Assembly: GCA_041666325.1 (NCBI GenBank)
Contig: JBAYHC010000003.1
Location: 31,102 to 95,101 of the forward strand
DNA from: Patescibacteria group bacterium
GTDB lineage: Bacteria > Patescibacteriota > UBA1384 > XYA2-FULL-43-10 > 1-14-0-10-43-13
Reading direction: 5' to 3'
DNA: 64,000 nt
The notes beneath the pieces are model-generated. The model was not told the origin of the DNA. It worked only from the letters and a program-made list of their open reading frames with translations, and searched no databases. Positions 1 to 10,604 of the stretch are shown one piece after another; positions within the stretch are counted from its first letter, which is position 1; each line of letters opens with the position of its first letter. Both the position numbers and the translations under genes were made by a program.

Positions 1-338
1 TTGTGCTTGCGGATAACTCCTTGCCGAAGTCAGAGCCGGTATCACCCGCACTATTATCTGCCATCGCAACGGGGCTCTCACTGCCATCACTTTCAATCGA
101 CTTAATAGCCGACTCAACCGGTGCTTCTTTATCTAAGCCGGCACCCGAGTCGCTATTCATTCTTGACCTCGTGGCCTCAAGAATGTTTCGTTGCTTTTCC
201 AATGATTCCTTTTCTTGCTTCACATTGGGCGGCAAAAACCTATATCCAGCGATTTGCTTGAGCCTGTCGTCAATGGTCCTCAATTTCTCATCGAGATCTT
301 GAAGCAGCTGCTTATTGTCATCGGACATTTTTCCCTCC
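1..338 (-). CDS. Hypothetical charged/coiled-coil protein, 3'-partial at window edge (MSDDNKQLLQDLDEKLRTIDDRLKQ...)
   Basis: Minus-strand reading frame open from ATG at 336-338 to the window start. GGAGGG Shine-Dalgarno 4 nt upstream of the ATG. Lies directly downstream of the giant gene in the same orientation. Its translation looks more protein-like than the Ser/Leu-rich plus-strand ORF 3..302. Confidence 0.45.
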
Positions 339-401
339 ATTTGAGAACACAAAAATCTTAATTAATTATAACCCGAATTTATTTTGTTAGCAAGGAAACT
401 T

Positions 402-3400
402 TTACACACCCGTACCTTCCTCGCCCTGCTCTTCTTTGGCAATAACAAAGTCCCTTACTTCAATAGTAACGCTAGATAAACCACCCCTACTGTTCGGATT
501 AACGCCAACAACCTTAGCCTGACAAATACGGTTGTGGCCGCGATCTTCAAGATCTTCTGCGAGCTCTTGATTTGACATCTCTACGGCAAATTCACGATCA
601 CTCTCCATGTGCACAATAAACCACTTAGCAGCACCCTTGATTGTGCGCTTCTTGATAATTGCCGGGAAATAATCCTGACCGACTAACTCCGTCGCAAAAA
701 TGATGTCCGGTTTGTCCCTGCTTTCTCCCTCGTCCGCTTCACGCTTGAGATCAACGTTTCCTTGAGCGCCAGGATCGGCCGGCTTGCTCTCCTCGATGAA
801 CCATTCAAAGCTTCCACTTGTTACCAAGTCGCCAATCACAACTTCGTCGCTATAGACCTTTCCTGGGCGCTCAAAGCTATCATCAACCACTATTCTTCGT
901 ATTTTGCTGGAATCAATACCGATCACCTCCCAGTTAAAACCGGTTTTTTCGCTTCTGATAATAACGCGAGGATTCCTTGCGTTTTCAAGCGCAATTCTGA
1001 CTGCCTCGACAAAGTCCTTCTTGCTGCCCCGTGTCAAGGTCCCCTTACTCATGAAGCCTTCCGGCGTCTCGAAGGCCAACTCGATCGATAAAGATTCAAC
1101 GGAACCGGGAACATCACCGGCACTAGTATCTGTGATTCTGACATCGATTGTCTCGTCAGCCTGGAACGCCCCCGACAACCGTTCGGCCAAAGTATCATTT
1201 CGGCGTAAATATTCCTCGTTCATGCAGAATTCTCTGCTGCCAATCTGAATGCCCGCGACAATATCAGAACCGCGTTCGATAGCGATCGGCTTGACAGTTA
1301 TCTTTCCACCAGAAAGATGATCAATAAATTCAGCATCAGTGGTGCCCGGATCGCTCGAATCGAGAACAACTCCGACTGACTCTACATTCCATCGCTCCAA
1401 CGATTCTTTCCCGCGATTAACTTTGACTATTCTGATATTGTATTCTTTGCCGATCTCAAAACTCTCAACCAATTCCTTTTGCGGTTCATAATCGGAATCG
1501 AGGTCAAACTCTCTTGTTTGCTCGTCATAGTCAAAAGAGATAGTTTTTCCGCCATCGACAGAACTTGGCATCACGCGTACGCTGATTGTCTCGCCACTCT
1601 GAAGCAGACGCGAAGCAACTTTGAAATCTCTTTCGGAGTATTCCTCTTTTTCATAGTACCAGAAATAGCCTTCTGCCGCATCCTCCAATTTATCAACTGC
1701 AACGAGGACTTCGGCAGCGTTTGGCTGGAGCGCGTCATCAACCGGATAGAGAGAAGCTTCACGACGATCAGCGGCCACAAAACTAACCAGATAAATCTGA
1801 CCTTCGTGCTCAACATAGATACCATGAGGTGTCCCGCCCAGATTTTCGTTTGAGTTTTCAATAAAAATATTGAGGTCATCCGCAACCGCACCCCTAAAGT
1901 CGAGGCCCTTGCTCTCAAGCTCGACTCTCTTTTCGGGCCCTGTCGGCGTCGGGTCACCCGACTCCTTGCGGTGTCCTAGATACCAGGTGCTCCTGCCATG
2001 AGGGGCAATAAGCAACTTCATGTCATCACTCTCCCGCTCCTCGGTCATAGACAGATCATTATCAACCAGACGATATCTAAATCCATTAGGACGGCCATCT
2101 CGACTCCTGGTAATCACTGTAACAAGCGCCTTAATCCCCTCGCGCTCAGCTAATACCGGCTCATCGGCGCCAACAGTAAATCGATCAACTGCATCAAGGA
2201 AGTCAAATAATCCCCTGCCGGCAATCGGCCCCTTGTCCTCAAAATTATATCCGGACAGATCAATTTTCCTTTCGGCCCCTGTCTCATTAATTTCAACATT
2301 GACCCGATATAATTGACCGGCGTTGTCTCTGTCCTCTAATGCTTCTGTGATTTTGATCTTAAAGGTCTTGTTCTCGTACTTGTCTCTTTTGCCCCTGAAG
2401 CGAATTCTCTCACCACTCTCGTTGGTAGCAGCATTGATAACGAATGTATGGCGCGCACCTTCGTGTTCGACAACAGCAGCCGGATAGCCCCCTAAATCGA
2501 TAATCATTGCCTCGATCGTGTCCCCGGCGCCAGCCATCTCCCTGGCTACCCTGAGATCCTCCGAGATGCCCGGCTCAATTTCATCGCCTACCTCGACATT
2601 TACTCTAAACAATTGTCCGGGATGGTCGCGATCCTCCAGCGCATCCGTTATCCTGATGTTAAAACGTTTGTTTTCAAACTTAGCTCTCTCGCCCTTGACA
2701 TGGATTCCCTCACCCTTGCTATTGGTGGCGGCGTTGACAATGAAGACGTGTGTCTTGCCGCTGGCCAATCTGAATTCGATCGCCGGCTCACCGGCACTGT
2801 CAATTATTTTTGCGTGAATCACCTCGTTAGCAGAGGCTAAGTCCCTGGCGATTCTTAGTTCATCTGAAATAGTCGGTCCGGCCTCAGTTTCGGCCCCGAT
2901 TTCAACATCAACCCTAAACAGCTTACCTGGCTCCTTGTCGCTTTCAATCGCTTCTAAAATCTTCACTTTGAATGTTTTATTCTCAAACTCATTGCGGCGA
3001 GTCTTGAGAGGAATCCCCCTCCCATCTTTGTCTCTGGCACTATTAATGACAAAGACAAAATCTTTGCCATGATGACTAAGTTCAATTGCCGGCTCACCAT
3101 CACTATCTATTACCTTGGCACCAACAACATCGCCACTCTCCTTGAGCTCTGAGGCAGCATCAAGCCCTGTTGAAAACATTACAAATCTTATGTCAACACC
3201 GAGAAGTGTTCCTGGCCTATCGATATTACCCATTGCCCTTGTTATGCGAAAAGGCTTCTTGCCGGGGCTAGACTTATCTTCGTCTAATTCAACATTTTCT
3301 CCAGAGGCAAGAACAAGAGCATTAACAGGCAAACGGAATTCGGCGCCATCGTATTCGACCACAAGCACGGCTTTGTGCTTAGATTCAAATACCATCTCAG

Positions 3401-6041
3401 CCAATATTGTTTTGCCAGCGTCCCTAAGCTGCTGTGCTGCGGCAAGCATCTTCGCATCCGTTTCCGAAACAACTTCGGCTTCTTGGCCCAAATACCAATG
3501 GTAGCCAACTAATTCAGAGTGTACAGCACTTCTTCGATTCACTCCTGGTCCCTCAATCGGAGCAAGATCTTCACCCAACCTCTTGATAGCATAAGAAACT
3601 TCTTCAAAGGCAATATCGTCATCTTCCTCTGCACTGTAGGCCTTAGTTTTTCGTGTGCTTTCTGATATCAGATCGCCTCTTGAGTTGTGCATAGGAATGA
3701 ATTCCCACCAACCCTCAGTCAAACGAATGATTATACGTCGCCCCTGCCTCATTTCTCCAAGCGCTTCCTGAAAACGAGGGTCTTTCTTTGACTTTCTGTC
3801 AGACTCATCATAAGAAATAGGACTAAATGATCCCATATCTGTGAAGCCCTCTGGGGTCTCAACTTCAATCGCCTTCCCCTTCTTCGTCTCTGTCTTTGGC
3901 TCTTCTGGGTGATACTCTGTGATTACGGCTAGCAGTTCATCGCCTCCAATCTCTTGTCCCTCGAGCATCAACTGTTCAATTTTTTCGTTTGACGTCAGAT
4001 CGTCAGCGCCAACGATTTCCTTCCTTCTACCTTCATTAATATTATCAAGAGACTCGTTAACCAAAACAATCCGTTCATTCTGATTTAGAACCCCAAATGA
4101 AGAATTCCAACCTTCCCCTGAATCACTCTTCTCTGCAACCAGAACATCACTTCGATCAGGCAAGTAGAGATAGCTTTTATCATTGTTAAATTTGAAGGCG
4201 AAGAATCGTCCGCCATGGAGGGTGATCACCATTGTCCAACTGACAGAGGCATCTAATCCCTCCGGTTTTAGGATGCTATTTTGAAAATCAAAGCAGAGAG
4301 ATCTCAGTGTCTCCCACATCTTCTTCTCATTGATGGTTGACAAGCTGTCATAGGCACCGGCAAGATCTTGAGCAATCTCCTGCAAACGATCCTGGGTCAA
4401 GCCAAGGTGTTCCGCGTGAGAATTAACGGCAATTAATATTTGCTGGTTCCCTCTCACCTGCTCAAACAAGAATGCGGACTGCCCTTCTTTGCCCCGTTCT
4501 TGTCGTCTCTCCCCTGTCGTGTCATAGGGATCAATCCTCTCTTCTCGTCTCTCTGACTCGTATTCTGCCGCATCTTCTTTGTCTCCTGCAGCTTCAACTG
4601 GAGAGGGTTCGCCCTCTGACTTCGGGGACGGTGTCGGAGCGCCCTCAGGTTCAGGACCTGGTGTCGGCGGTGTAGGTGTTGACTGTCCTTCTAGCGCTGA
4701 AGCCTCCTGTGCTTGCGGCGTTCCCTCCACTCTCTCCCCTCTACCTTCTACCCTCCCCCTTCCACCCTCTACTGTTCCAGTTGGCACATTTCCCGAAACA
4801 CCAAACTCTTTCTTTTTGCCGAAGAAATGGGAGGCACTCTCGCCCAGCAAATAAGCAAAAACTCCGCCAAGTTTTAGTTTCTCGGCAGTGCCAAGCCCAG
4901 CCAATAAGGCTTTTGGCATGCGCGCATCCAGGAGGTGACCCGCCTGTCCGTATAGGCTCTTTAAGCTCTCTCCGTCAAGCGTGTTGAATGTGCCACTCTT
5001 TCCTATTTCATTGACACGTTTGATTACGCCTTGGAGCCATTTGAGTTCATCCTGACCATTGGGCATCTGGTCGTAAGCAAACTGCCCCTTGTCCTTGAGA
5101 TTCCAAAAAACTCGATGAGTGTCAGACATCACAGGATTGTTGGGGTCAATTTTGGCAAAGGCCGTGGCTAGATCAGTGTTATTCTGGTCGTAGTTTGAGG
5201 GACCAAGCGGTACACCGGCAAATATTCCGGTCGCAAAAGTAAGCACCGAGGTTGCAACGGAGCGAATTTTTTTGAATCTCTCCTCCCCTGTCTTACCATA
5301 AACATTTTCCGTAATTTGCTCTACTGCCTGTCTTTCTGCTTGCGAAATTTCTAATTGATAACGAGAAAACTTCTCCTCGGTAAGAGTCCCGTCTAACGCT
5401 TCTTGCCTCATGCGAGTAACAACCTCGCCAACAGCTTGCTGCTTCGCGACCTCAGCCGCCGCTCTGTTCTTGCCCCAACCAAAGTGTTCTGCAGCTTGCA
5501 ATAGACCGTCATAGCCCTCTTTCAGACCAACGCCCCAGACAAGCGGAGTAAACACTCCTACACCGGAAAACACTGCCGTGGCGGCAGCGCCAAATCCGCC
5601 AAAAACTTTGGCGCCGATCTTGAGAGCTTTCTTCCAGTCGCCATTCTCGGTATAGATTCCGGCCTTGCGAAGATCGTCATCAATGTTTTCAGAAGGCTCT
5701 CTGGAGCTCCATTTGCCGGCCTGGTCGAACCAGGCACGAATCCGGCCATAGCTCTTGGAAATAGAATCGTCCGACTTATCAAGTCTCGCACCAAAACCAC
5801 CTAGTCCCACCCTTTTGCATACACGAGAAAGCAAAGAGAAGGGCTTGAGTCCCCCGTAGCGCTCGATCGCCCTATCTTGGTCTGTCCGGGCTAGATTGTT
5901 GATCCGTTCGAGAACACGAACCTTGATGTCGCTTCGCTCAACATTCTCGGTCTCTCGCTCTGGCTGAGCCGGAGTGCTTGCAACTTCGCTGGCAACATCT
6001 TCCCTCGCCATCTCTCCATTTTGTATGCTTGTTAAACTCAA
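402..6041 (-). CDS. Giant (1879 aa) membrane-anchored repeat protein, candidate surface adhesin. It has an N-terminal glycine-zipper TM hairpin, a Pro/Thr/Glu-rich linker and three tandem ~105-aa repeats.
   Basis: Uninterrupted 5.6-kb ORF. TTG start 5 nt after GGAGGG. Segments KVFGGFGAAATAVFSGVGVF and SVLTFATGIFAGVPLG are predicted TM. Low-complexity linker TPTPPTPGPEPEGAPTPSPKSEGEPSP. Repeats of the form VFVINSARDKDG...FENKTFKVKI...LFRVDVEIG occur three times. Confidence 0.8.
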   Translation of the reverse strand: MSLTSIQNGEMAREDVASEVASTPAQPERETENVERSDIKVRVLERINNLARTDQDRAIERYGGLKPFSLLSRVCKRVGLGGFGARLDKSDDSISKSYGRIRAWFDQAGKWSSREPSENIDDDLRKAGIYTENGDWKKALKIGAKVFGGFGAAATAVFSGVGVFTPLVWGVGLKEGYDGLLQAAEHFGWGKNRAAAEVAKQQAVGEVVTRMRQEALDGTLTEEKFSRYQLEISQAERQAVEQITENVYGKTGEERFKKIRSVATSVLTFATGIFAGVPLGPSNYDQNNTDLATAFAKIDPNNPVMSDTHRVFWNLKDKGQFAYDQMPNGQDELKWLQGVIKRVNEIGKSGTFNTLDGESLKSLYGQAGHLLDARMPKALLAGLGTAEKLKLGGVFAYLLGESASHFFGKKKEFGVSGNVPTGTVEGGRGRVEGRGERVEGTPQAQEASALEGQSTPTPPTPGPEPEGAPTPSPKSEGEPSPVEAAGDKEDAAEYESERREERIDPYDTTGERRQERGKEGQSAFLFEQVRGNQQILIAVNSHAEHLGLTQDRLQEIAQDLAGAYDSLSTINEKKMWETLRSLCFDFQNSILKPEGLDASVSWTMVITLHGGRFFAFKFNNDKSYLYLPDRSDVLVAEKSDSGEGWNSSFGVLNQNERIVLVNESLDNINEGRRKEIVGADDLTSNEKIEQLMLEGQEIGGDELLAVITEYHPEEPKTETKKGKAIEVETPEGFTDMGSFSPISYDESDRKSKKDPRFQEALGEMRQGRRIIIRLTEGWWEFIPMHNSRGDLISESTRKTKAYSAEEDDDIAFEEVSYAIKRLGEDLAPIEGPGVNRRSAVHSELVGYHWYLGQEAEVVSETDAKMLAAAQQLRDAGKTILAEMVFESKHKAVLVVEYDGAEFRLPVNALVLASGENVELDEDKSSPGKKPFRITRAMGNIDRPGTLLGVDIRFVMFSTGLDAASELKESGDVVGAKVIDSDGEPAIELSHHGKDFVFVINSARDKDGRGIPLKTRRNEFENKTFKVKILEAIESDKEPGKLFRVDVEIGAETEAGPTISDELRIARDLASANEVIHAKIIDSAGEPAIEFRLASGKTHVFIVNAATNSKGEGIHVKGERAKFENKRFNIRITDALEDRDHPGQLFRVNVEVGDEIEPGISEDLRVAREMAGAGDTIEAMIIDLGGYPAAVVEHEGARHTFVINAATNESGERIRFRGKRDKYENKTFKIKITEALEDRDNAGQLYRVNVEINETGAERKIDLSGYNFEDKGPIAGRGLFDFLDAVDRFTVGADEPVLAEREGIKALVTVITRSRDGRPNGFRYRLVDNDLSMTEERESDDMKLLIAPHGRSTWYLGHRKESGDPTPTGPEKRVELESKGLDFRGAVADDLNIFIENSNENLGGTPHGIYVEHEGQIYLVSFVAADRREASLYPVDDALQPNAAEVLVAVDKLEDAAEGYFWYYEKEEYSERDFKVASRLLQSGETISVRVMPSSVDGGKTISFDYDEQTREFDLDSDYEPQKELVESFEIGKEYNIRIVKVNRGKESLERWNVESVGVVLDSSDPGTTDAEFIDHLSGGKITVKPIAIERGSDIVAGIQIGSREFCMNEEYLRRNDTLAERLSGAFQADETIDVRITDTSAGDVPGSVESLSIELAFETPEGFMSKGTLTRGSKKDFVEAVRIALENARNPRVIIRSEKTGFNWEVIGIDSSKIRRIVVDDSFERPGKVYSDEVVIGDLVTSGSFEWFIEESKPADPGAQGNVDLKREADEGESRDKPDIIFATELVGQDYFPAIIKKRTIKGAAKWFIVHMESDREFAVEMSNQELAEDLEDRGHNRICQAKVVGVNPNSRGGLSSVTIEVRDFVIAKEEQGEEGTGV

Positions 6042-6172
6042 CTTGTCCCTCCAAAATAGCTAGTAAGCCCCACCAGGGGGCCCTCTGTGGGGGCGTGTAA
6101 GCGCGTAAGCAGTAAGCTTAAAGCATCGAAATATCCTCGAATTGCTTATTAGCCTACTCGCCTACTTGCTTA

Positions 6173-6508
6173 TTAGCTTTGTTTGTACCCCATCACCTCT
6201 GCCTTGAGACGCAAGGCCTCATCTGCAGCCAATGCGTCCACCTGAATTTCGTGAGAAACAAGAAATTCGACCACTTCTTCATCGGCAGTGTTGACACCGC
6301 CAAGAAGTGATTTAAATTTCTCGAACTCCCCTGTTTCCTCGAGAATGTCAGCAATTCGAAGCATAACCCGACTTCGTAAAGATATAACGAGGTTTTGGAT
6401 CATCGCCTCCTTCTCCTCTGGTGTCAGTGAGTTTAGCTCAAGATAATCAAAAATATCACTTTCTATCAGCTCTTTGATGCTAAGATCTATCGCGCCTGCT
6501 GTCATCAT
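6173..6508 (-). CDS. Small acidic helical protein (~110 aa), paralog of 10605..10922, candidate chaperone or adaptor for the adjacent giant protein.
   Basis: GGAGGG Shine-Dalgarno immediately 5' of ATGATG. The C-terminal half aligns with the other small ORF (SLLGG..N...V.EFL......ALAAD.AL....VMGY versus TLLSEGDGNNVQQFL...AL....MSYLGY). Confidence 0.6.
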   Translation of the reverse strand: MMTAGAIDLSIKELIESDIFDYLELNSLTPEEKEAMIQNLVISLRSRVMLRIADILEETGEFEKFKSLLGGVNTADEEVVEFLVSHEIQVDALAADEALRLKAEVMGYKQS

Positions 6509-6527
6509 CCCTCCATAATTCTTCGAT

Positions 6528-7713
6528 CTAACCCAATATTCTTTCCACCTCTCGCATCACTCTCTCCGGTTCAATATCTGATGCGCCAACACCTTCGTCC
6601 GTATAATAGCTATTCGGAGTGCGCCAAGCCGGATCATAGGTTCCACGGCTTTCCCTATATGCATCGCGAGCCTTCTCGTGCATTACTCGATGAGTGCGTG
6701 CGGTCGACCACTGAACAGGGTTACCTAGAATAATCATGATGTTAGGTGTCCCGAATGCACCAGCGAGATGTCCCAAGCCAGTATCTGGTGTTATCGATAG
6801 GTCAGCCATCTCCATAATCACTGGCATGTTATTTAGCGGCTCTTTTGCCCTAACAATACGATGACCGCCACTACGTAAACGATCAACCATCTCACCATAT
6901 CGTTGTGATTTCTGTGGATCTGGATCATCGATGAACAATATCTGCGCATCGGGATATTTGGCCTTTATCTGCTCCAAAACCTCTGCCCATCTTTCCGGTC
7001 TATACTCTTTTGGCATAACAGATGATCCCGCCGAGATAACTATAAGTTTCCTAGAGCGCTCAAGCCCATACCGATCACGAATCTCGTCGGCACGGGCATC
7101 GAAATCAGCGCCCTTTTCCATGAAATGGTTCTCTGCATTGATATTGTCAACCAGCTTTCGGCCAAGCATAATTTCAAAGTTACGCATAATGCGCGCTGGA
7201 ATAGGATCATATTTGACCGCTCTTTGCTCGTTCTCTGGTGATTCTTCCATCTGCCATGTGTTCCAATCCACAGACATAACACGAGACAAGTCGTTAGCAT
7301 CATTACCGGAAAGCCCAAAGACAGAATAATCTTCAAAATTTTTATGAGCATTAATTATAAACCGTTCTTTGTTGTCCCTGAAGGCACTACCGATTTCCTT
7401 ATAGTCTACTATCTCTACAAGCCCTGGATACTGATCATTGACAGATCGAAACAATCCAGGTTGCGTGGTCACAAGTTTGATAGGTTTGCGATGACCAGTT
7501 TGGTCATAATATCGTTTTATAACCTCGAGAATCGGGACTGTCAGAATTGCATCACCCAACGGATAGTCGAAGATGACAACCACTTCATCTGCTCGCTCCA
7601 AGCCCTTTATTAGTGGTGAATGCTCATAAAACTCTGGTTCGTACGGGGCATCACCAACGGCCGATTCCTCAAGCAAAATATTTTCCGCTTGATAATATGC
7701 ACGGTTCATCTCG
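6528..7713 (-). other. GT9 (heptosyltransferase-like, GT-B fold) domain region of the 1355-aa protein.
   Basis: Motif-based, see the parent CDS. Confidence 0.6.
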
Positions 7714-10595
7714 CGATTGACATACTCATCAATGCCAATATACTTCTCGGTATTGTCGCCAAACCGACGCTTGTTGTGGCGCTCAAGCTCCCGCTTATAA
7801 TGCTCTTGCCGAACAGGATCAAGCCTGTTAAAATTCTTGAGTTCATTGAGACGAACGCGCAAAAACTCATACTTCGGCGGCAATTTTGCCACCAGCTTCT
7901 CTGCTTGATCAGCTGAGTTACGATACCTTGAAATTTCAGTAAAATGCTTCTTGAGACGATCACTGCCATGCTCAGCAGAATAATCTGGAACATGCGGCAA
8001 AGGTTCTGGCGACGGTCCGTGTTCAATCGGTTCGAGTGGGGCGCGACCGATAATTGGCGGCATAAATGGAACATCAACCTGTGAATCTGGTGTTGGCAAG
8101 CTCCAAATCTTGTTGTGCTCCTGTGTCACAACCGGAACCTTGTCGACAATCGTGCTATTGCCGACTCCCGGACCTTCATATGTTGCCAGGATGCGGAAAT
8201 TCTCGCAGCCATCTTTACCCTCGCCAAAAGTTTGCGCCGCCTCGCAGAAGCGGAAATTGGGTACCGGATGGCCATCTTGCAGCATCATCTTGCCGCTGGC
8301 GTCAAATTTAAACAGAACCTTTATCAGAGGATTGTCTTTATCAATAATCGCATTGCCGCGACCGTCTACCGGTACATCATAACAAAACTTCTGGGTCTCC
8401 CTCGACATTGAGAAAAGCATCTTCATGCGATTACCAGATATCAAGCGCTGAGCGTTAGTCGAGAGACTGTCATGATAAGATCCACGTGGAGTCATATGAG
8501 AAACATTGAACACGACATTGCCCTTAGGATCAACGCCATTGCTTCCGCCCCACCACAGCTTAAGTTCATTTTTGTCATAAAGCCCCGGGGTGTTGTTGTC
8601 GTACCACAAGCGGCGATGAATACGATCAAAATATTGCTTGTATTTATCTAATATCTCGCCGGCGCCAACCTTTCTGGTCCTGTCAACCATGGTGGTGATG
8701 GGGGTTTTCCGCTCTTCGACATAGACTCCGCTATCTTTGAGTATTCCTCTCGCTTGCGATGTCAGGTCGCCATTCGCATCAAAAGTTAGGCCTTTTACTG
8801 CCGGGACTGGCTCACCATCCTCAATCTTGACGATGTCATATGTGCCATCAGGGTTCTTGGCGCTAAAATCAAAACCCTTGGGCAAAGTGTGCTTGTGGCC
8901 GAGGAGGTTGACTATTGTCTTTTCATCGCCGGGTGCGGCCTGCGCCTCCTTGCCTATTGCCAGCCAACGATTAAGCTGCTGCAACAGTGTGTGCTTTGGC
9001 TGCTCGCCAAAGGGTACATTGTCCTTGCGGCCAACCCAAGATTCGACTCCTCCCTGAAGTTTGTCATCGAAGAAAGCCCTGACCTCCTGTGCCACCATGC
9101 CAACCCCGACACCAATTGCCAGACCTTTGATGCCGGCCTTCCAGGCCCGGGCACGTTTGAACTTCCGAAATTCTTCATTTTTCTGACGGGTGCCGTCAAC
9201 CATTTGCTCCATTTGGGTCTCTCGAAGCGAGCCAAAGAAATCATCGAAGCTGCGGTTATCGGGAATCATTCCTGCCTGCTCCGCGGCGCTGCGCAGAGCG
9301 CTCTTGGCTTGGTAACGAATCTTGGCAAGCTCGCAACGCTCTCGCTCAACCTTCCTCACATCGGAGTATGTCAGCAAGTCAATTTTGTCTCTATCAGATA
9401 TAGTAACACGCGCCTCAATCTCAGCCAGTTGTGCCATCGCCGACTGGAACTGCTCCGGCGTCAGCTCGCGGGGTTCGCCGACTCTGCCTCCTTCGTAGAC
9501 TGCATCACGGATTCCACTCATCAGCTCTTGAGTGCTCTTGGTTTCGTATCTATATCCCTCCATCTCGACGCGGCGTGGCGAACGATCGGGATCCCATTTT
9601 TTGTTCTTAGCCATATCGCGAAAGTGTTTCTTGCGCTCTTCCTCCGTCCGCTTGGCCTCGGCCATCGCGCCAAAGGCAGCCCCGGCGATAGCGCCACCAA
9701 CGAAGGCACCTGTAGCATAGGCGGCCTTCCTGGCAACTGACTGAGAGAGCTTGGTGCCAACACAATAAGCGAGCGCAACAGCAGAAGCAAGCGTAGTCTC
9801 ATTAACCCATTTGCCAACAGGATTGCGATGGATTCGCTCGACGACGCGGTCGACGGCATTGAATTGTGCTTCGGTGCGCACACCTTCTTTGGCCTTACCA
9901 ACATAGACATCAAATTGCAAGTTAAGCCGCTCAAAGGCAGAATCCTTGTTCTCTTCGCGCTCGATCTTAGTCCTGATCTTATTTGCGACCAACCAAAGAT
10001 TGTCGGCGTACATATCACCGCGCTCGATCACGCCCGGCCTGGCACCCTTGAGAGTTGTGAATAACCTGGCCTTTTCTTGGTCGAAGGTTTCCTTGTCTGG
10101 TAATTCTCCGGTGGCATAATCCTTGATCAACTGGCGTATCTGGTCCTTGATACCGCCGACTTGTTCTCTTTCTTCCGGGTTCTGCTCCTGCGTCTCGTCC
10201 AAAAGCTCGCGCACCTCGCCTGCTTCACGATGTATTGCTTCATCAAATTCTTGTGTAAAACGATCAGCCACCGCTTCCATAGCCTGATCATGGGCTGTCT
10301 TGTCGCCAGACTCATTGGCATATAGATTGCCCGACTCCATAATGTTCTGTCGAGCCTTTCGCACCTCTTTGTCTCGGTAGTATTCTCGAAGCCAATTGTG
10401 CTTCCAGACCGCACGCAGCTTGCCTCTAAACCCCCGGGTATCCTCCGGCTTCGCTGTTAGTTTCTCCTCGCCAGTATCAACGGCATGACTTTCGATAGAA
10501 TCAGAGACATCAACGATTGAGATCTTCTCGACTTGGCGACCATTCTCGGCGGCATCAATTTGATCGGGAGTTGGTTGGTTTCCGCTTTCTGGCAT
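6528..10595 (-). CDS. Large (1355 aa) membrane-associated protein with a C-terminal GT9-family (ADP-heptose heptosyltransferase-like) glycosyltransferase domain.
   Basis: AAGGGGG Shine-Dalgarno 6 nt before the ATG. Start is translationally coupled to the stop of the upstream small ORF. Predicted TM segments GAFVGGAIAGAAFGAMA and GLAIGVGVGMVAQ. The C-terminal ~400 aa carry GT9 hallmark motifs: N-terminal VVVIFDYPLGDAILTVPILEVIK and C-terminal SITPDTGLGHLAGAFGTPNIMI, compared with DSGPMHLAAALGTP in WaaC/WaaF. Confidence 0.8.
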   Translation of the reverse strand: MPESGNQPTPDQIDAAENGRQVEKISIVDVSDSIESHAVDTGEEKLTAKPEDTRGFRGKLRAVWKHNWLREYYRDKEVRKARQNIMESGNLYANESGDKTAHDQAMEAVADRFTQEFDEAIHREAGEVRELLDETQEQNPEEREQVGGIKDQIRQLIKDYATGELPDKETFDQEKARLFTTLKGARPGVIERGDMYADNLWLVANKIRTKIEREENKDSAFERLNLQFDVYVGKAKEGVRTEAQFNAVDRVVERIHRNPVGKWVNETTLASAVALAYCVGTKLSQSVARKAAYATGAFVGGAIAGAAFGAMAEAKRTEEERKKHFRDMAKNKKWDPDRSPRRVEMEGYRYETKSTQELMSGIRDAVYEGGRVGEPRELTPEQFQSAMAQLAEIEARVTISDRDKIDLLTYSDVRKVERERCELAKIRYQAKSALRSAAEQAGMIPDNRSFDDFFGSLRETQMEQMVDGTRQKNEEFRKFKRARAWKAGIKGLAIGVGVGMVAQEVRAFFDDKLQGGVESWVGRKDNVPFGEQPKHTLLQQLNRWLAIGKEAQAAPGDEKTIVNLLGHKHTLPKGFDFSAKNPDGTYDIVKIEDGEPVPAVKGLTFDANGDLTSQARGILKDSGVYVEERKTPITTMVDRTRKVGAGEILDKYKQYFDRIHRRLWYDNNTPGLYDKNELKLWWGGSNGVDPKGNVVFNVSHMTPRGSYHDSLSTNAQRLISGNRMKMLFSMSRETQKFCYDVPVDGRGNAIIDKDNPLIKVLFKFDASGKMMLQDGHPVPNFRFCEAAQTFGEGKDGCENFRILATYEGPGVGNSTIVDKVPVVTQEHNKIWSLPTPDSQVDVPFMPPIIGRAPLEPIEHGPSPEPLPHVPDYSAEHGSDRLKKHFTEISRYRNSADQAEKLVAKLPPKYEFLRVRLNELKNFNRLDPVRQEHYKRELERHNKRRFGDNTEKYIGIDEYVNREMNRAYYQAENILLEESAVGDAPYEPEFYEHSPLIKGLERADEVVVIFDYPLGDAILTVPILEVIKRYYDQTGHRKPIKLVTTQPGLFRSVNDQYPGLVEIVDYKEIGSAFRDNKERFIINAHKNFEDYSVFGLSGNDANDLSRVMSVDWNTWQMEESPENEQRAVKYDPIPARIMRNFEIMLGRKLVDNINAENHFMEKGADFDARADEIRDRYGLERSRKLIVISAGSSVMPKEYRPERWAEVLEQIKAKYPDAQILFIDDPDPQKSQRYGEMVDRLRSGGHRIVRAKEPLNNMPVIMEMADLSITPDTGLGHLAGAFGTPNIMIILGNPVQWSTARTHRVMHEKARDAYRESRGTYDPAWRTPNSYYTDEGVGASDIEPERVMREVERILG

Positions 10596-10604
10596 ATTAC
10601 CCCC

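Noticed and set aside
3-302. Plus-strand ORF 3..302 (99 aa) at the left edge.
   Set aside because: Its product is Ser/Leu-rich and low-complexity. The opposite strand has an open frame with a GGAGGG ribosome-binding site and an ATG at 338, and a charged coiled-coil-like product in the same orientation as the operon. The minus-strand call is preferred.
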